IMG/VR virus record: IMGVR_UViG_3300045256_000058
Location: 32,001 to 96,000 of that record
Length of the DNA: 64,000 bases
From: a virus
Reading direction: 5' to 3' (one strand)
Under the pieces are notes generated by a model. It searched no databases, was not told the DNA's origin, and saw only the letters and a list, made by a program, of their open reading frames with translations. This document shows positions 22,383 to 32,772 of this stretch, piece by piece. Numbering within the stretch: position 1 is the stretch's first letter; each line of letters opens with the position of its first letter. Made by a program: the position numbers and the translations under genes.

Positions 22383-23063
22383 TTACCAGAAATCAATCTC
22401 TGCTCTGCTTGGATTGTAATAAGTGCGGCGCTGTCGTACTCGAACACCATTACGTACTCCATAATCCCCTTCTTCTAACTTCTCAAAATTACCTGGCATG
22501 TAAAAAGACGGTTGAACATTTGCATTTAACTTATACAAATCAGTATCAGTAATACTATCACCATCAAAGTCATAACCAATTGAATCTTTCAGTGTTTCTC
22601 CTCTAAGAATGAGAGGACGAACTGTTAGCTGTTGTTTGCTCTCATCGTTTTGTAATTGATTCGAAGCATTACTGGCTCCAGGTACAAAAATACCTAAGCC
22701 ATCAAATAATACTTGAAACTCATTTAATGCTTGCTGTCTAAGTACGCTTGAATAGCTATCCGTACTATCAGAAGCTTCAGATTGAGTAGGAAAGTAAGTA
22801 ATATAAATATCACTAACGATAAGTTTTTCTACAATTGATTGAAGATATGGATGCTCGTTTACTAACGGCATTTGATAAATCATACCGAGAAACATATCTG
22901 CAAATTCTTCAATACCTGACCCCACAATGTAAATAAGGTCAGTACCAATCTGAGTACCAGTAATACCTGTAAGACCGTAATCCGTAGAATCTACAACACT
23001 AATCCTACTTTCTAATCTCTTAGAAATACTAGCAATTTTTCCATACTTAAGTGTATTACTCAT
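22383..23063 (-). CDS. Head-tail adaptor (Mu gp36/DUF1320-like)
   Basis: 'YQMPLVNEHPYLQSIVEKLIVSDIY' resembles the Y..PL...P..L adaptor motif; position after capsid. Confidence 0.55.
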   Translation of the reverse strand: MSNTLKYGKIASISKRLESRISVVDSTDYGLTGITGTQIGTDLIYIVGSGIEEFADMFLGMIYQMPLVNEHPYLQSIVEKLIVSDIYITYFPTQSEASDSTDSYSSVLRQQALNEFQVLFDGLGIFVPGASNASNQLQNDESKQQLTVRPLILRGETLKDSIGYDFDGDSITDTDLYKLNANVQPSFYMPGNFEKLEEGDYGVRNGVRVRQRRTYYNPSRAEIDFW

Positions 23064-23649
23064 TACCTAGCCCTAATCCACTTCTTACACTACGTTGCAA
23101 TTCTTTATCTAGTCCTAATGCTTTCGCACTACTTCTAGCTTCTCTTAGCACTCCAGTACTTGTGTTTACCCATCCTCTAGCTTCTCTAATGGATGCTAAC
23201 CCAAGCTCACGTTGTTTACGTTGTTCTTGAATTTTACGTCTAGTTTCAGGGTCTACATTAATTAAGTTAATCTCATTACGTTTAGCTCTTGTAGTGGCTA
23301 GTGGAGGATTCATCATATCCTCATACTGTGACTGAAGGGTAGAAAACTGCTCAGGAGATAGTCGTTGTAAATCCTCATAGCTCATATATTGAAAAGGATG
23401 TAATGGAGGTGAAGCAACCATATTATCCTGTGGTATCGGCATATTTGCATTAGGAGCAAAATTAGCTAGGTTAGTTAAACTATTCGCAAAAGTCATTTTT
23501 CTATTTGTATTAAGTAGATTAGGAACTACACCAATTCGTTTAGCACCCATTTTTCTAATCTTACCTCCTAATGGACGTTGCACTTTAATACCCGGAGAAT
23601 AGTTTCTCCAATTTTGTTCAAGCTGATTTACAAGTACGTTTCCTGGCAT
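23056..23649 (-). CDS. Hypothetical head-associated protein carrying the ANF motif
   Basis: 197 aa; contains 'LANFAPN'. Confidence 0.55.
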   Translation of the reverse strand: MPGNVLVNQLEQNWRNYSPGIKVQRPLGGKIRKMGAKRIGVVPNLLNTNRKMTFANSLTNLANFAPNANMPIPQDNMVASPPLHPFQYMSYEDLQRLSPEQFSTLQSQYEDMMNPPLATTRAKRNEINLINVDPETRRKIQEQRKQRELGLASIREARGWVNTSTGVLREARSSAKALGLDKELQRSVRSGLGLGNE

Positions 23650-24137
23650 TATAAATACTTAATAGCGTTGTCGTTAGAATAGGGGACTACTGTTTCAAAA
23701 TCTATATCAAATATATCTTGCCAATGTCTTCCACCTTTTAGAGGAACTCTTTTATCTAGTTCCATTTCAGTTGTAAATCTCTCTTTAGCTCTTTCAGCAA
23801 CTACTTTATTAGCAGTAATCTTACCGATGTATTTTAATGCTGCAATTTCTTCAAGCGTAGCTGAGTTAATCTTCAAACTCTCTTTTACAACTGTCTCTGT
23901 TACTGGCTCTAATACTTTTTCAGTAATATCAAAACTATTGTCAGGTGTGGCGCTAAATTTCTTCTCAACCACTTTATCTACTTCAGGTACTTTCTTTGTC
24001 GGAATTTCAATGTCTGCTAGAGTAACAATACTTTTTCTTCTTGCTTCTGCTAGGTCAATATCTTTTTCATCATGTACACCAGCAGGAACCACTGTTCCGT
24101 GAAAGTTAACGTATGCTGTATGTAATTTATATTTCAT
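23649..24137 (-). CDS. Helix-hairpin-helix (ComEA-like) DNA-binding protein
   Basis: 'KINSATLEEIAALKYIGKITANKVVAER...F' matches the ComEA/HhH pattern. Confidence 0.75.
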   Translation of the reverse strand: MKYKLHTAYVNFHGTVVPAGVHDEKDIDLAEARRKSIVTLADIEIPTKKVPEVDKVVEKKFSATPDNSFDITEKVLEPVTETVVKESLKINSATLEEIAALKYIGKITANKVVAERAKERFTTEMELDKRVPLKGGRHWQDIFDIDFETVVPYSNDNAIKYL

Positions 24138-24188
24138 AACTACTCTTAAATAACTATTCTTATTCTACTATAAGATTACCTAAGACAC

Positions 24189-24214
24189 TAAAAAACCTCC
24201 CATAAAGAGAGGTT
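24189..24214 (-). terminator. Intrinsic terminator after major capsid gene
   Basis: Minus strand AACCTCTC-TTTAT-GGGAGGTT followed by a T run. Confidence 0.75.
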
Positions 24215-24251
24215 AATTAGTTTTATTCCGACTTATTTATTCGCGTCTAGT

Positions 24252-25424
24252 TTACGCAAAGTTAAAGTCTTCAAGGTGCATTGCTGTTTCTAGGTCGTTC
24301 AGGTCACATACCTTACGTGCCATACCTTGCTTAGAAATAGTTGGTGCAGTAACAATCATCATACTTGCTGTTGCTGAAATATCTAGAGGTGGTTCCTTAG
24401 ACTTTTCATAAGTACGTTGATACACACCAGCTTTTCCATTGTTTTCTAGAGTTCCACCCAAGCAACGTTCAGCCATTCCCTTCTTCAGGAATACGATGCG
24501 AGTAGGGTCTAGATAACGAGTAGGAATATTATTACCAGTGTTGTCACCATCTAGTTCAAAGTGGTCATCAACAGTTGTAATTGCAGGAAGGAATCTACGA
24601 CGCATTACTTCATTAAGTTGCTCGATAGATACTGTACCTGTCATTGTGCTACCAACAGTTAAGCTGGCAACAACTGCTTCCTTCACAGACTTTTGACGAA
24701 GTAAACAATGTAGAAGTTGTTCTGACATTGCAATTTCATCAGCAGGGAATCCATTCGTGTACTTGTACACATAATGCATGTCCACCAAGTCTTGAATACC
24801 ATCAGCAGTTTCAAACTCAGTCCATTGACGGTCGCCTGTCAAAGGAGCAGGGTAGTGATTGTAAGGAGCATCAAGTGCTTTCTTCCAATCTAGGTTGATG
24901 TTAAGACCAGTACGACTATCCGTGTACTGCATCGAACCTGTTTGAAGTACCTGCCATGCAAGGTAATCTAGAAGGTTAATATGCCCTCTTACTAGAGCAG
25001 AAAGAGTACCAAAAATCAATTCTGCAAGTGAGTTGTCTTGTCCAACTTGAATCTTATCTGTACCAACAGAGATGTTTTGAACAGTGATGCCCTTAGCTCT
25101 TGCGAACTCTTGAACATCCTTCATTCTCCATTGTAAGTCTTCATTCCATTCGTGGCGCAGAGCAGCCTTGAATAGCTTTGCTTGGACTTGACTGAACTTA
25201 CCTTTGGCAATTGATGGGTATTCAGCACCCGTTGCGACTAGAGACGCGATTGGGTCTACTTGCTCAGTAATGTATGCCAACCAATCACGACCATCTTTAG
25301 TCTTCATTGGTACATATTTATCGAGAACTCTAGAACGTTCTTTAAGCTGACGAAGAGTAGTATCAACTACCATATCGGCTGTTCTAGATTCTCTTTGCCC
25401 TTTTAGCCAAGTTTCAATATACAT
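24252..25424 (-). CDS. Major capsid protein (HK97 fold, phage major capsid E-like)
   Basis: 390 aa; 'EQVDPIASLVATGAEYP', 'WQVLQTG', 'DGIQDL'; follows decoration and scaffold genes and is followed by a terminator. Confidence 0.8.
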   Translation of the reverse strand: MYIETWLKGQRESRTADMVVDTTLRQLKERSRVLDKYVPMKTKDGRDWLAYITEQVDPIASLVATGAEYPSIAKGKFSQVQAKLFKAALRHEWNEDLQWRMKDVQEFARAKGITVQNISVGTDKIQVGQDNSLAELIFGTLSALVRGHINLLDYLAWQVLQTGSMQYTDSRTGLNINLDWKKALDAPYNHYPAPLTGDRQWTEFETADGIQDLVDMHYVYKYTNGFPADEIAMSEQLLHCLLRQKSVKEAVVASLTVGSTMTGTVSIEQLNEVMRRRFLPAITTVDDHFELDGDNTGNNIPTRYLDPTRIVFLKKGMAERCLGGTLENNGKAGVYQRTYEKSKEPPLDISATASMMIVTAPTISKQGMARKVCDLNDLETAMHLEDFNFA

Positions 25425-25440
25425 TTTTTTCTATATCTCC

Positions 25441-26331
25441 TTAAGCGTTGCGGTAGAATCTCTTGTAAATACGCAAATCACTTAATTTACGTTTAATTTG
25501 TAGGTCGATATATGGTAGATTTTGTTCATACACACCATCGGCTTCAGCAATAGGTGCAATGTGTTCCATTGGCACTTCACTAAAGTCTAGGTTATGCGGG
25601 TAAATACCCAAGAATTCATCTACTCTTGTACCTACAGGTGAGCCACTAGGTAGTGCATAAGCAGCGTTAGCAGCTAGAGTTGCTACTCTTTCACCAGCAT
25701 TGTTAGGTGCAGCGATAGAAAGAATAGTTCCAAGAGGAATAATGCAATCACCTAAGTATCCAGGTTCAGTTGTATTAACGGTTAGAGTAGCTCCACCCGC
25801 TGAACTAAAGGTACTAATTGAATAAGCATCATTAGCTCTAAACAGCAGAGTTCCTGTGCTTCCGATTTGAGTGACGGTTACACCAGCGGCAAGAAGTGCT
25901 GCTGCGTTAGCAGTTACAAATGCTGCGGCTGTGTTGTTTCCAGTCGGAGTTGCAGGTGCAGTTACACTGTAAACTGTGTTTCCAATCTTGATTGAATACA
26001 CGTCATCTTGTGTAAGTGTTCCACCAATAGTTACTTTTGCGTAACCAGCAACACCATAAAGAACATCCCCTACCTTGAATTGGTAAGAAGGATATCCTAA
26101 GCTAACTGCGGTTGAGTTTGTAGCTGTAGCAGCAGTTAGTCTTGTACGAGGAAGGAATCTAACTGCATCATCGATACCGACAATGAAGCTTCCTTCTGGT
26201 ACTAATTTTCTAGCATCGATATTAGGAAGTACATCTTCTCCTTTAAGGACAACTGAAAATGGTGTACGCACCATTGTTTGCCCAAAGAGAATTGGCTTAC
26301 CAGCACCGAATTGTTTTACTTTAATAAACAT
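25441..26331 (-). CDS. Capsid decoration/cement protein with inserted beta domain
   Basis: Immediately upstream of MCP; 'RKLVPEGSFI' and 'GVYEQNLPY' resemble head decoration proteins. Confidence 0.6.
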   Translation of the reverse strand: MFIKVKQFGAGKPILFGQTMVRTPFSVVLKGEDVLPNIDARKLVPEGSFIVGIDDAVRFLPRTRLTAATATNSTAVSLGYPSYQFKVGDVLYGVAGYAKVTIGGTLTQDDVYSIKIGNTVYSVTAPATPTGNNTAAAFVTANAAALLAAGVTVTQIGSTGTLLFRANDAYSISTFSSAGGATLTVNTTEPGYLGDCIIPLGTILSIAAPNNAGERVATLAANAAYALPSGSPVGTRVDEFLGIYPHNLDFSEVPMEHIAPIAEADGVYEQNLPYIDLQIKRKLSDLRIYKRFYRNA

Positions 26332-26353
26332 TTGTGTTATACCTCGTTATCTC

Positions 26354-27172
26354 TTAGTTACCAAAAATAGCATCGAGGTCGCTCTTAACTACTTCATCAA
26401 GTGAAGCTGAGAAGTTAGCTACTGCTGCTTCATCTTCAGTGATGCTATAGTCTTTGAACTCTACGAAATCAGAAGCACTTGTTAGCATTCCTAGTGCATA
26501 ACGTGTAGCAAACAACATTGTGTCAACGTCTACACCATTGTCAGTAGCAATCTTTGCAAATCTAGCAACTCTTTGATTTTCATCAGCAAAGTCACCGATA
26601 AGCATTGCTTTGTATGACGGAGGTAGCAATTGAGCGTCTACATATCTTGAAGCTAATGTATCTAGATTCTTTAGTTCGCTAGAAAGAGCATTAGTGTATT
26701 CAAAAGATGCAAGACGGCTGTTTACGTTCGAAATTTGATTCTTTAATTGGTTATTCTCATTTTGGATATATGAGAAGTATGCTGAAGGTACAGCACCGTA
26801 ACCATATGCAGCCGCAGCCATGTCTTCGGTTTCTCCCATTCCCATGTTGTCTTCATCAGCTTGACCAGCACCTAATTCGTCACTTTCAAGTTGACCAATT
26901 AAGTCTTGACGGTCTTGTGCGTCAACAGAAGTAGCCACATTAACGATTACTTCTAGGTCTTCATCATCTGCTTCTGGAAAGCTTTCAACGATTCCAGCAA
27001 GTAGATTTTCATCTTCTACGATTGTGTCGCCTTGGATAATTGCAACAACTTCTTCTTCAGATAGTCCTGTAGAGTCCATAATTGCTTGAATACCACTATC
27101 CATGTCGCCATATTGGGCTTCAATTAAGTCTAGTAGTAGTTCTCCAAAAGCATTAGTAGGATTAAGTTCCAT
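26354..27172 (-). CDS. Capsid scaffolding protein
   Basis: Very acidic N-half and coiled coil, upstream of decoration/MCP; contains AYFSY, LASF and VANF motifs. Confidence 0.6.
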   Translation of the reverse strand: MELNPTNAFGELLLDLIEAQYGDMDSGIQAIMDSTGLSEEEVVAIIQGDTIVEDENLLAGIVESFPEADDEDLEVIVNVATSVDAQDRQDLIGQLESDELGAGQADEDNMGMGETEDMAAAAYGYGAVPSAYFSYIQNENNQLKNQISNVNSRLASFEYTNALSSELKNLDTLASRYVDAQLLPPSYKAMLIGDFADENQRVARFAKIATDNGVDVDTMLFATRYALGMLTSASDFVEFKDYSITEDEAAVANFSASLDEVVKSDLDAIFGN

Positions 27173-27202
27173 ATTTTTTACTGTCTCCTATTCATGTATT
27201 TT

Positions 27203-27769
27203 CTAATACATTCCGGGTTGTTTGTTTTGATTCATCAATGCGTTAGCTCCCATTCCAGCACCTAATGCACCTACACCAATTGCTCCAGCCCCGGCAATAT
27301 TCTTAGCGGTATCACTTCCTAGCTTTTGACCTACGTTACCCCAGCGTTGTACTCCTCTTGTACCTTGGTTATATTGATTAATACCTTGGTTTAGATTACC
27401 CCAACGTTGTCCGAACGCTTCTTGTTGTTGAGCTAGTTGTTGCGCTCTTGATGCACTATCTCCGACTTGTCCAGCACGTTGTTGTAACTGTCCCGCCTGC
27501 TTTTGATACATCTGATTGCCGCGCTTGTTTAGAGCCATCATGCCGTCTTCACCCGCTTGTACTAGACCTCTACCTTGTTTATTGATAATTTGTCCAGCAG
27601 CAGCAGCTTGATTTCCAGCACGATTACCTAAATACTGCACACCTTTTTGTAATGGATTAAGAATTGCTTCTCCAAGTCCAGCTACAAAGAAGTTAGCTGT
27701 ATTAGGATTTTGTCCTGTGCGGTAGCTAAAATAAGCGTTAGCACTGTTATATCTATATCCTCTTTTCAT
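27203..27769 (-). CDS. Putative internal head protein (AxF family)
   Basis: N-terminal 'AYFSYRTGQNPNTANFF', Gln/Gly-rich body, C-terminal glycine-zipper segment. Confidence 0.55.
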   Translation of the reverse strand: MKRGYRYNSANAYFSYRTGQNPNTANFFVAGLGEAILNPLQKGVQYLGNRAGNQAAAAGQIINKQGRGLVQAGEDGMMALNKRGNQMYQKQAGQLQQRAGQVGDSASRAQQLAQQQEAFGQRWGNLNQGINQYNQGTRGVQRWGNVGQKLGSDTAKNIAGAGAIGVGALGAGMGANALMNQNKQPGMY

Positions 27770-27796
27770 GCTTGTTTTTAAGCCTATATATAAAAG

Positions 27797-27828
27797 AAAA
27801 ATATTAGATTACAATCTCTAATATTTTT
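27797..27828. terminator. AT-rich palindromic hairpin, possible bidirectional terminator
   Basis: AAAAATATTAGA-N8-TCTAATATTTTT. Confidence 0.45.
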
Positions 27829-27878
27829 ACTTTAGGGTATTTAATTGAGTTAGAAAATATAAATACGCTACTTAGTCG

Positions 27879-28451
27879 TTAAGCGCTTACAATTGGTTGA
27901 TTTTCTATATTTTGTGAAGAATCAGGTAATTCATTTAACTTACGTAATGCTAACCCTGCCCCTGCGCCTAATGCTCCAAGTCCTCCAACAGTACCCGCAG
28001 TTCCTAATAAAAATCTATTTGCAGCTTGTCTTTGCTCTACTGGTGATGAAAGTATTTGTACTCCTCGTTGTTTTAGTTGAGTACCTCTTACATATTTAGA
28101 GCTAGTAGGTACATTGGTAGTTCTTAAAGCTGCTCCTTTTACAACACTACCTAATCCAACACCCGCACCAATATCTTCTTGCACGCCTCTTAAATATTGA
28201 CCGGGAGTATTTGATACGCGAGGTAAATATCTATCCTTAAACTGCTTTAGCTGCATTGCATGATTTTCTATCACATCAGGATTATCAGGTATCATATTGC
28301 CTACCATACCCATCATTGGAGATGTAGGACTATTACCAGATGCTAAACCTAATGTATTCCAGAGTTGTTGTTTCGCTTGCCCCATAAAGGCAAAGTTAGA
28401 AAACCTAGTTGTATGTAACATTGACTTGTGGCATTCTTGCAAGAGCATCAT
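27879..28451 (-). CDS. Putative internal head protein (AxF family)
   Basis: 'TTRFSNFAF' near the N-terminus; glycine-zipper C-terminal segment. Confidence 0.55.
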   Translation of the reverse strand: MMLLQECHKSMLHTTRFSNFAFMGQAKQQLWNTLGLASGNSPTSPMMGMVGNMIPDNPDVIENHAMQLKQFKDRYLPRVSNTPGQYLRGVQEDIGAGVGLGSVVKGAALRTTNVPTSSKYVRGTQLKQRGVQILSSPVEQRQAANRFLLGTAGTVGGLGALGAGAGLALRKLNELPDSSQNIENQPIVSA

Positions 28452-29283
28452 TTTTCATAACCTTAATTTTACTAGCAATTGCGGCTCTATTGTTATAAAC
28501 CCTACCTCCTAAATCTCCTGCAATATAACCACCAAGAGCATTAGTCCCTATCTTGTAAAGCCTATCCATCGGTGATACTTCAGGTTCGAGTATATTATCT
28601 GATTGTTCAGTTGCACCTTTTACTACACCTAATCCTAATCCTAATTTACGAGTATATGAAAGAGGGGCTTGCATCGCTCTTTCTACTGGTTGTAATGATG
28701 TAATTCGAGTAGGTATTGCAACAAAAGATGCTATCGAGTTGTGTTTTTTCATAAATTGTAACTGCCCACTATCTGCTATTGCTGTTGGTATGTGTTCTGA
28801 TAACTGAGATACGGTTCCATGTAAATCATTAATTTGCTTTTGAAGTACACCTCTTGTTACTCCAGCACCTACACCTACACCTAGTAATCTAAAAGCATTT
28901 TGTCTTTTATATTTTTTGAAATCATTCTGTAATATTCCGAGTTGTGCCGCTATACCATCATTAGGCTCACCGAATACGTACTTATTTGCATAGTTAAGTG
29001 CATCCGTATTATTAACACCTCTAACTCTATTTAGTAATACTCCACCACTTAATCCAGTTAAAGTACCTAATGTTGCTCCTCCAGCTACATTCAATGCTCC
29101 CTTTGCAATTGCTTTCGGTAAAGGCATTCCTTCATCTTGAGCATCTTGTATAGTTTTTTCTAATCCCATACCTCCGCCGATAACCGCACCAATTTGAGAA
29201 CCTCTAACTAATGGAGATACACCACTAGGAGCATTAGCTAGAGGAATAGAAGGAATAGGAGAATGTAGAGTTAGATTAGCCAT
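28405..29283 (-). CDS. Putative internal head polyprotein (glycine zipper)
   Basis: Several GxxxG segments; internal 'FMKKHNSIASF' linker. Confidence 0.55.
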   Translation of the reverse strand: MANLTLHSPIPSIPLANAPSGVSPLVRGSQIGAVIGGGMGLEKTIQDAQDEGMPLPKAIAKGALNVAGGATLGTLTGLSGGVLLNRVRGVNNTDALNYANKYVFGEPNDGIAAQLGILQNDFKKYKRQNAFRLLGVGVGAGVTRGVLQKQINDLHGTVSQLSEHIPTAIADSGQLQFMKKHNSIASFVAIPTRITSLQPVERAMQAPLSYTRKLGLGLGVVKGATEQSDNILEPEVSPMDRLYKIGTNALGGYIAGDLGGRVYNNRAAIASKIKVMKNDALARMPQVNVTYN

Positions 29284-30823
29284 AGATAAGTGTATTAATA
29301 GCTCTCGAAATACGAGGTGGTTTTGGTTTACCGTAGTATAGATTTTGCCAAGTCATAGGATTAGCAAGTTTGTTATAAGCTATAACACCAGCTCCGCCTA
29401 ATGCTGCTCCAGCACCAGCCCCTAATCCCGCAGCTAATGCAGCATTTCCAGCAGTATTTGTAATATTAGATGCCGTTTTTCCTAGTCGAGTTAAGTCACT
29501 ATTGTAAATTTCATATTGACGTAATCTTTGATAAGGGTCAGGAATAGCTGCAATAGTATTTAATCTCTCTTCATCGGCATCTCGTTGACTTGCTAGTGCT
29601 GATGCAGTTCCAGCTACACCCCCACCAACAGCACCAGCTAAAGCACCATACTTAAGCCCCTCTACATAAGGAGGTGCGGGCATTGGTCTTGGTACTTCAA
29701 ATCCAAAGTTAGCTGTGTCACCCATATAAGAAAAAGGAAGTATTCCACGAAGTTTAGTGGCAGCTTGACTACCTGTTCTAAGAATATTTCTAGTACCATC
29801 AACAATACTATCTACAGGTCTACTTGTTAAATTCTTTAAGTCCGCTTGTGCCCGTGCCTGTACATATGCAGCAGGATTAGCTCTAAACCCTTGCTGTAAT
29901 GCTTGTTGCTGCGCTTGTTGTTGTCTAAATGCTTGCGCTCTTTTTTGAACTTCAAGTGAACGGTCAGCTTTACGTTGTGCCCTACCAATATCTGCTACTG
30001 CTTGTTGACGTGCTAATTTTTGTTGTTCAGCTTCTTGTAATTTACCTAACTTATCATTAGTCTTTTCTAAGCTACCAAGTCTAGCATTTAAGTTTTCATC
30101 AGTACCCGGAATAAGAGTTTTAATTCCAGTAATACCACCATTAACTGTACCTGCAATAGTACCTGAGATACCTCCAAGTGTACCTCCAAGACCTTGACCA
30201 ATAATTCCACCTAAGCCAGGTAATACAGCTTCACCAGCTACGTGACCAATACCAGAACCAATTAAACTTCCAGCACCTCCACCAATAATAGCCCCAGTAC
30301 CTTTATCAATATAACCAGGAGCAGTTTCTAACACTCTCTTTGCTTTACCGATTGTGTCGTCCACATCCATCTTTCCGATAGATAGAACATCTTTTGCTTG
30401 ATTATATAGCCCAGGCTTCTTAATACCTATCGCACCTTGAGTAGCTCTTTGACGTAAAATTCGTTGTCTTAAGGGTTCATTTACTCCAGGTAAACCAGTA
30501 GCAGATGCTAACTGATTGATTTGTGAGGGATAATCTTTTCTAATAGCGTCAGTAACTAATCCTGCTCCAGTTCCAAGTAATGCACCAGCACCACTATTGG
30601 TCATTACTTTCAACAGTCTTTCGTCTACCGGAACTTCTCGATTATCATCTTGCTCTAATCCACCTTTGGCTAATCCAAGACTTCCTCCCAGTGCTGCTCC
30701 TGCAAGTGCCGGATTAAGAAACTGTGCAGTATCTTTTTTAGAGCCAAGAAAGTATCTTAGGTTTTGTTTTGTACTTTTGTTTTTATACAGGTCAAACTGT
30801 TTTGCTATAAGACTTTCTTTCAT
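29276..30823 (-). CDS. Putative internal head polyprotein (glycine zipper)
   Basis: 'DTAQF' and 'FSYMGDTANF' motifs; long GxxxG tracts. Confidence 0.6.
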   Translation of the reverse strand: MKESLIAKQFDLYKNKSTKQNLRYFLGSKKDTAQFLNPALAGAALGGSLGLAKGGLEQDDNREVPVDERLLKVMTNSGAGALLGTGAGLVTDAIRKDYPSQINQLASATGLPGVNEPLRQRILRQRATQGAIGIKKPGLYNQAKDVLSIGKMDVDDTIGKAKRVLETAPGYIDKGTGAIIGGGAGSLIGSGIGHVAGEAVLPGLGGIIGQGLGGTLGGISGTIAGTVNGGITGIKTLIPGTDENLNARLGSLEKTNDKLGKLQEAEQQKLARQQAVADIGRAQRKADRSLEVQKRAQAFRQQQAQQQALQQGFRANPAAYVQARAQADLKNLTSRPVDSIVDGTRNILRTGSQAATKLRGILPFSYMGDTANFGFEVPRPMPAPPYVEGLKYGALAGAVGGGVAGTASALASQRDADEERLNTIAAIPDPYQRLRQYEIYNSDLTRLGKTASNITNTAGNAALAAGLGAGAGAALGGAGVIAYNKLANPMTWQNLYYGKPKPPRISRAINTLIYG

Positions 30824-30866
30824 GATTAGTTTTCTATACTTAATATAAGTATACCGTTAGATTGAA

Positions 30867-32735
30867 TTAGACATATGGATAAGGAGGATAACCAGGATAG
30901 ACACTAGGAGCGGGTATAGTAGGTGTCGGAACTGTATCTTTTTTTCTCATTGAGTTAGCTAACATATTACCTCCAAGTAATACACCTCCAGCACCAGCAA
31001 TTGCGGCTCCCGCTTTTAGTAATCCATTATCAGATGAACCAAGTGTTCTTAATTTATTAATTAAATTAGCTCTACCCGCTTGCTCTACTACTTGTTCTCC
31101 CTTTTTGGCAGTAGATGCAGCTTTAGTTCCAACATTAGGTAAATTAGCTGGTATATCAACTGTTCTACCTGTACTTGGTACTTGTGCGGGTGTACCGTCT
31201 GGCATTGTAATGTTAATAGTCAAAGACTTATCTTGAGGAGTAGCTTTACCCCCAGTTTTTATACGTCCTTGTCTAGGTTGTCTTCTACTTGTTGTAGTTG
31301 GTTCTGGAGTTGAAATACTAGAAGCACCTGTAAGTGGGTCTTGTGTAGCAGTATAGTCAATATCAAATGCTGGTTGAGTAGCATTAGGGTCTACTGTTTG
31401 TTGTGTAATTTCACCATTAGTTGATTTAATAGATTTCTCTCCTACAGGTGGTAATCTATTAGGAGCATTAATAAATTCATCTAGCTTCTGTCCAGCATTA
31501 TCACGAAGTCTAGCTAATCGTTGTCCACCAATAGAAGCTAATTGCTTTAATCTATCTGGTGTTAATTGAGATTGAAGTAATTCAGTATCTTGTTTAGCCT
31601 TATCTAATAGATTTGTCTTGCCGTAAACATCATTACCTCCTTCATTATCAAGTAGTCTAATTACTCTACGAATTTTATCTCTACGAGTACGTAAACCAGC
31701 TTGCTTACCTGTAGGAGTGTATTGAATCTCTACAGGTGTTTTTGCTTTAATACCAGTAGGTGAATTATTATCTCTAGCACTAGGAGCAATGTAACTAGGA
31801 GCTACGCTTACTTTGGGATTTACTCCTCTTTGTACAGCGACATCTCTATCGTATATTTGACCTGATGCGATACGGTCAGCTTCTCTTTTATTTCTATCGG
31901 TAACAACTTCTTTAATACTATCTCCAAGACTTCCTTCTGGTAATGCTTCTTTAGTAGTTGGATTCTTACCAGCTAGTACATCAGTAGCAGGTCTAGCATT
32001 ATCAAGCATGTTAGCTAATACATTTGATGTACCTTCAAGTCTTTGAGCTAATTCTCTATTTGTTCGTTGTTGAACAGTAGGTACATTGGTTCCAGCAGCA
32101 CCATAGAAAGGTCTACCTTCACTTTTAGTTAGAAACTGTTGTGCTTGTTTTCTTTCTGACCGAGTAGGTAAACTTAACTTGCCTGCATTAATGTCTGCAA
32201 GTTCTTGAGGAGTTAACTTACCTCTCATCCAACGCTCATATCTATCTACAGTATTTACTGCATCTTGTGTTTGACGCGCAGATGGGTCTGTCCATGTACC
32301 AATAGCGTTTGTTAATATATTTGCATTACTAAACGTTTGAGGTACTCCATCTACAGTAAACTGCTCACCATTGGGCATCATAATAGGTACTTGGTCACGA
32401 AGATTCAAAGCTTGCGCTCTTAACGCATTCTTTCGTCTTACTGCTACCTTTTGAGATGTTTTATATTCTTTTCTAGCTCTAGCACCTAAACGTTTTCTAG
32501 TTTTTACACCTTCTGCATCGTTCTTTGATACTCTTTTCTCTCTTAAATATCCACGAAGACTACGTTCATCAGGAGGTGGATAAATATCTTCTCCAACTAA
32601 TGACTTTTTCTCTTCTGGGTTAGGAGCCGCATAAGGTGGTGTACCTCTCCAGTTAGGGTCTTCTCGCCCGAATGTAGATAGCATACCAGACGTATATGCC
32701 CATGCTACATATGAAGGCTTAACACATAATTTCAT
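30867..32735 (-). CDS. Putative internal head/ejection protein
   Basis: 622 aa, basic and low complexity, with C-terminal hydrophobic Gly segment; lies between protease and scaffold. Confidence 0.5.
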   Translation of the reverse strand: MKLCVKPSYVAWAYTSGMLSTFGREDPNWRGTPPYAAPNPEEKKSLVGEDIYPPPDERSLRGYLREKRVSKNDAEGVKTRKRLGARARKEYKTSQKVAVRRKNALRAQALNLRDQVPIMMPNGEQFTVDGVPQTFSNANILTNAIGTWTDPSARQTQDAVNTVDRYERWMRGKLTPQELADINAGKLSLPTRSERKQAQQFLTKSEGRPFYGAAGTNVPTVQQRTNRELAQRLEGTSNVLANMLDNARPATDVLAGKNPTTKEALPEGSLGDSIKEVVTDRNKREADRIASGQIYDRDVAVQRGVNPKVSVAPSYIAPSARDNNSPTGIKAKTPVEIQYTPTGKQAGLRTRRDKIRRVIRLLDNEGGNDVYGKTNLLDKAKQDTELLQSQLTPDRLKQLASIGGQRLARLRDNAGQKLDEFINAPNRLPPVGEKSIKSTNGEITQQTVDPNATQPAFDIDYTATQDPLTGASSISTPEPTTTSRRQPRQGRIKTGGKATPQDKSLTINITMPDGTPAQVPSTGRTVDIPANLPNVGTKAASTAKKGEQVVEQAGRANLINKLRTLGSSDNGLLKAGAAIAGAGGVLLGGNMLANSMRKKDTVPTPTIPAPSVYPGYPPYPYV

Positions 32736-32772
32736 TCGTTATTACCACTTCACTTATAAGGAGACGGACAGT

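Noticed and set aside
27203-30823. Bacteriocin (double-glycine leader) cluster interpretation of the Gly-rich ORFs
   Set aside because: No GG leader, transporter or immunity genes; the position in the head module and the motif shared with protease and scaffold fit virion proteins better
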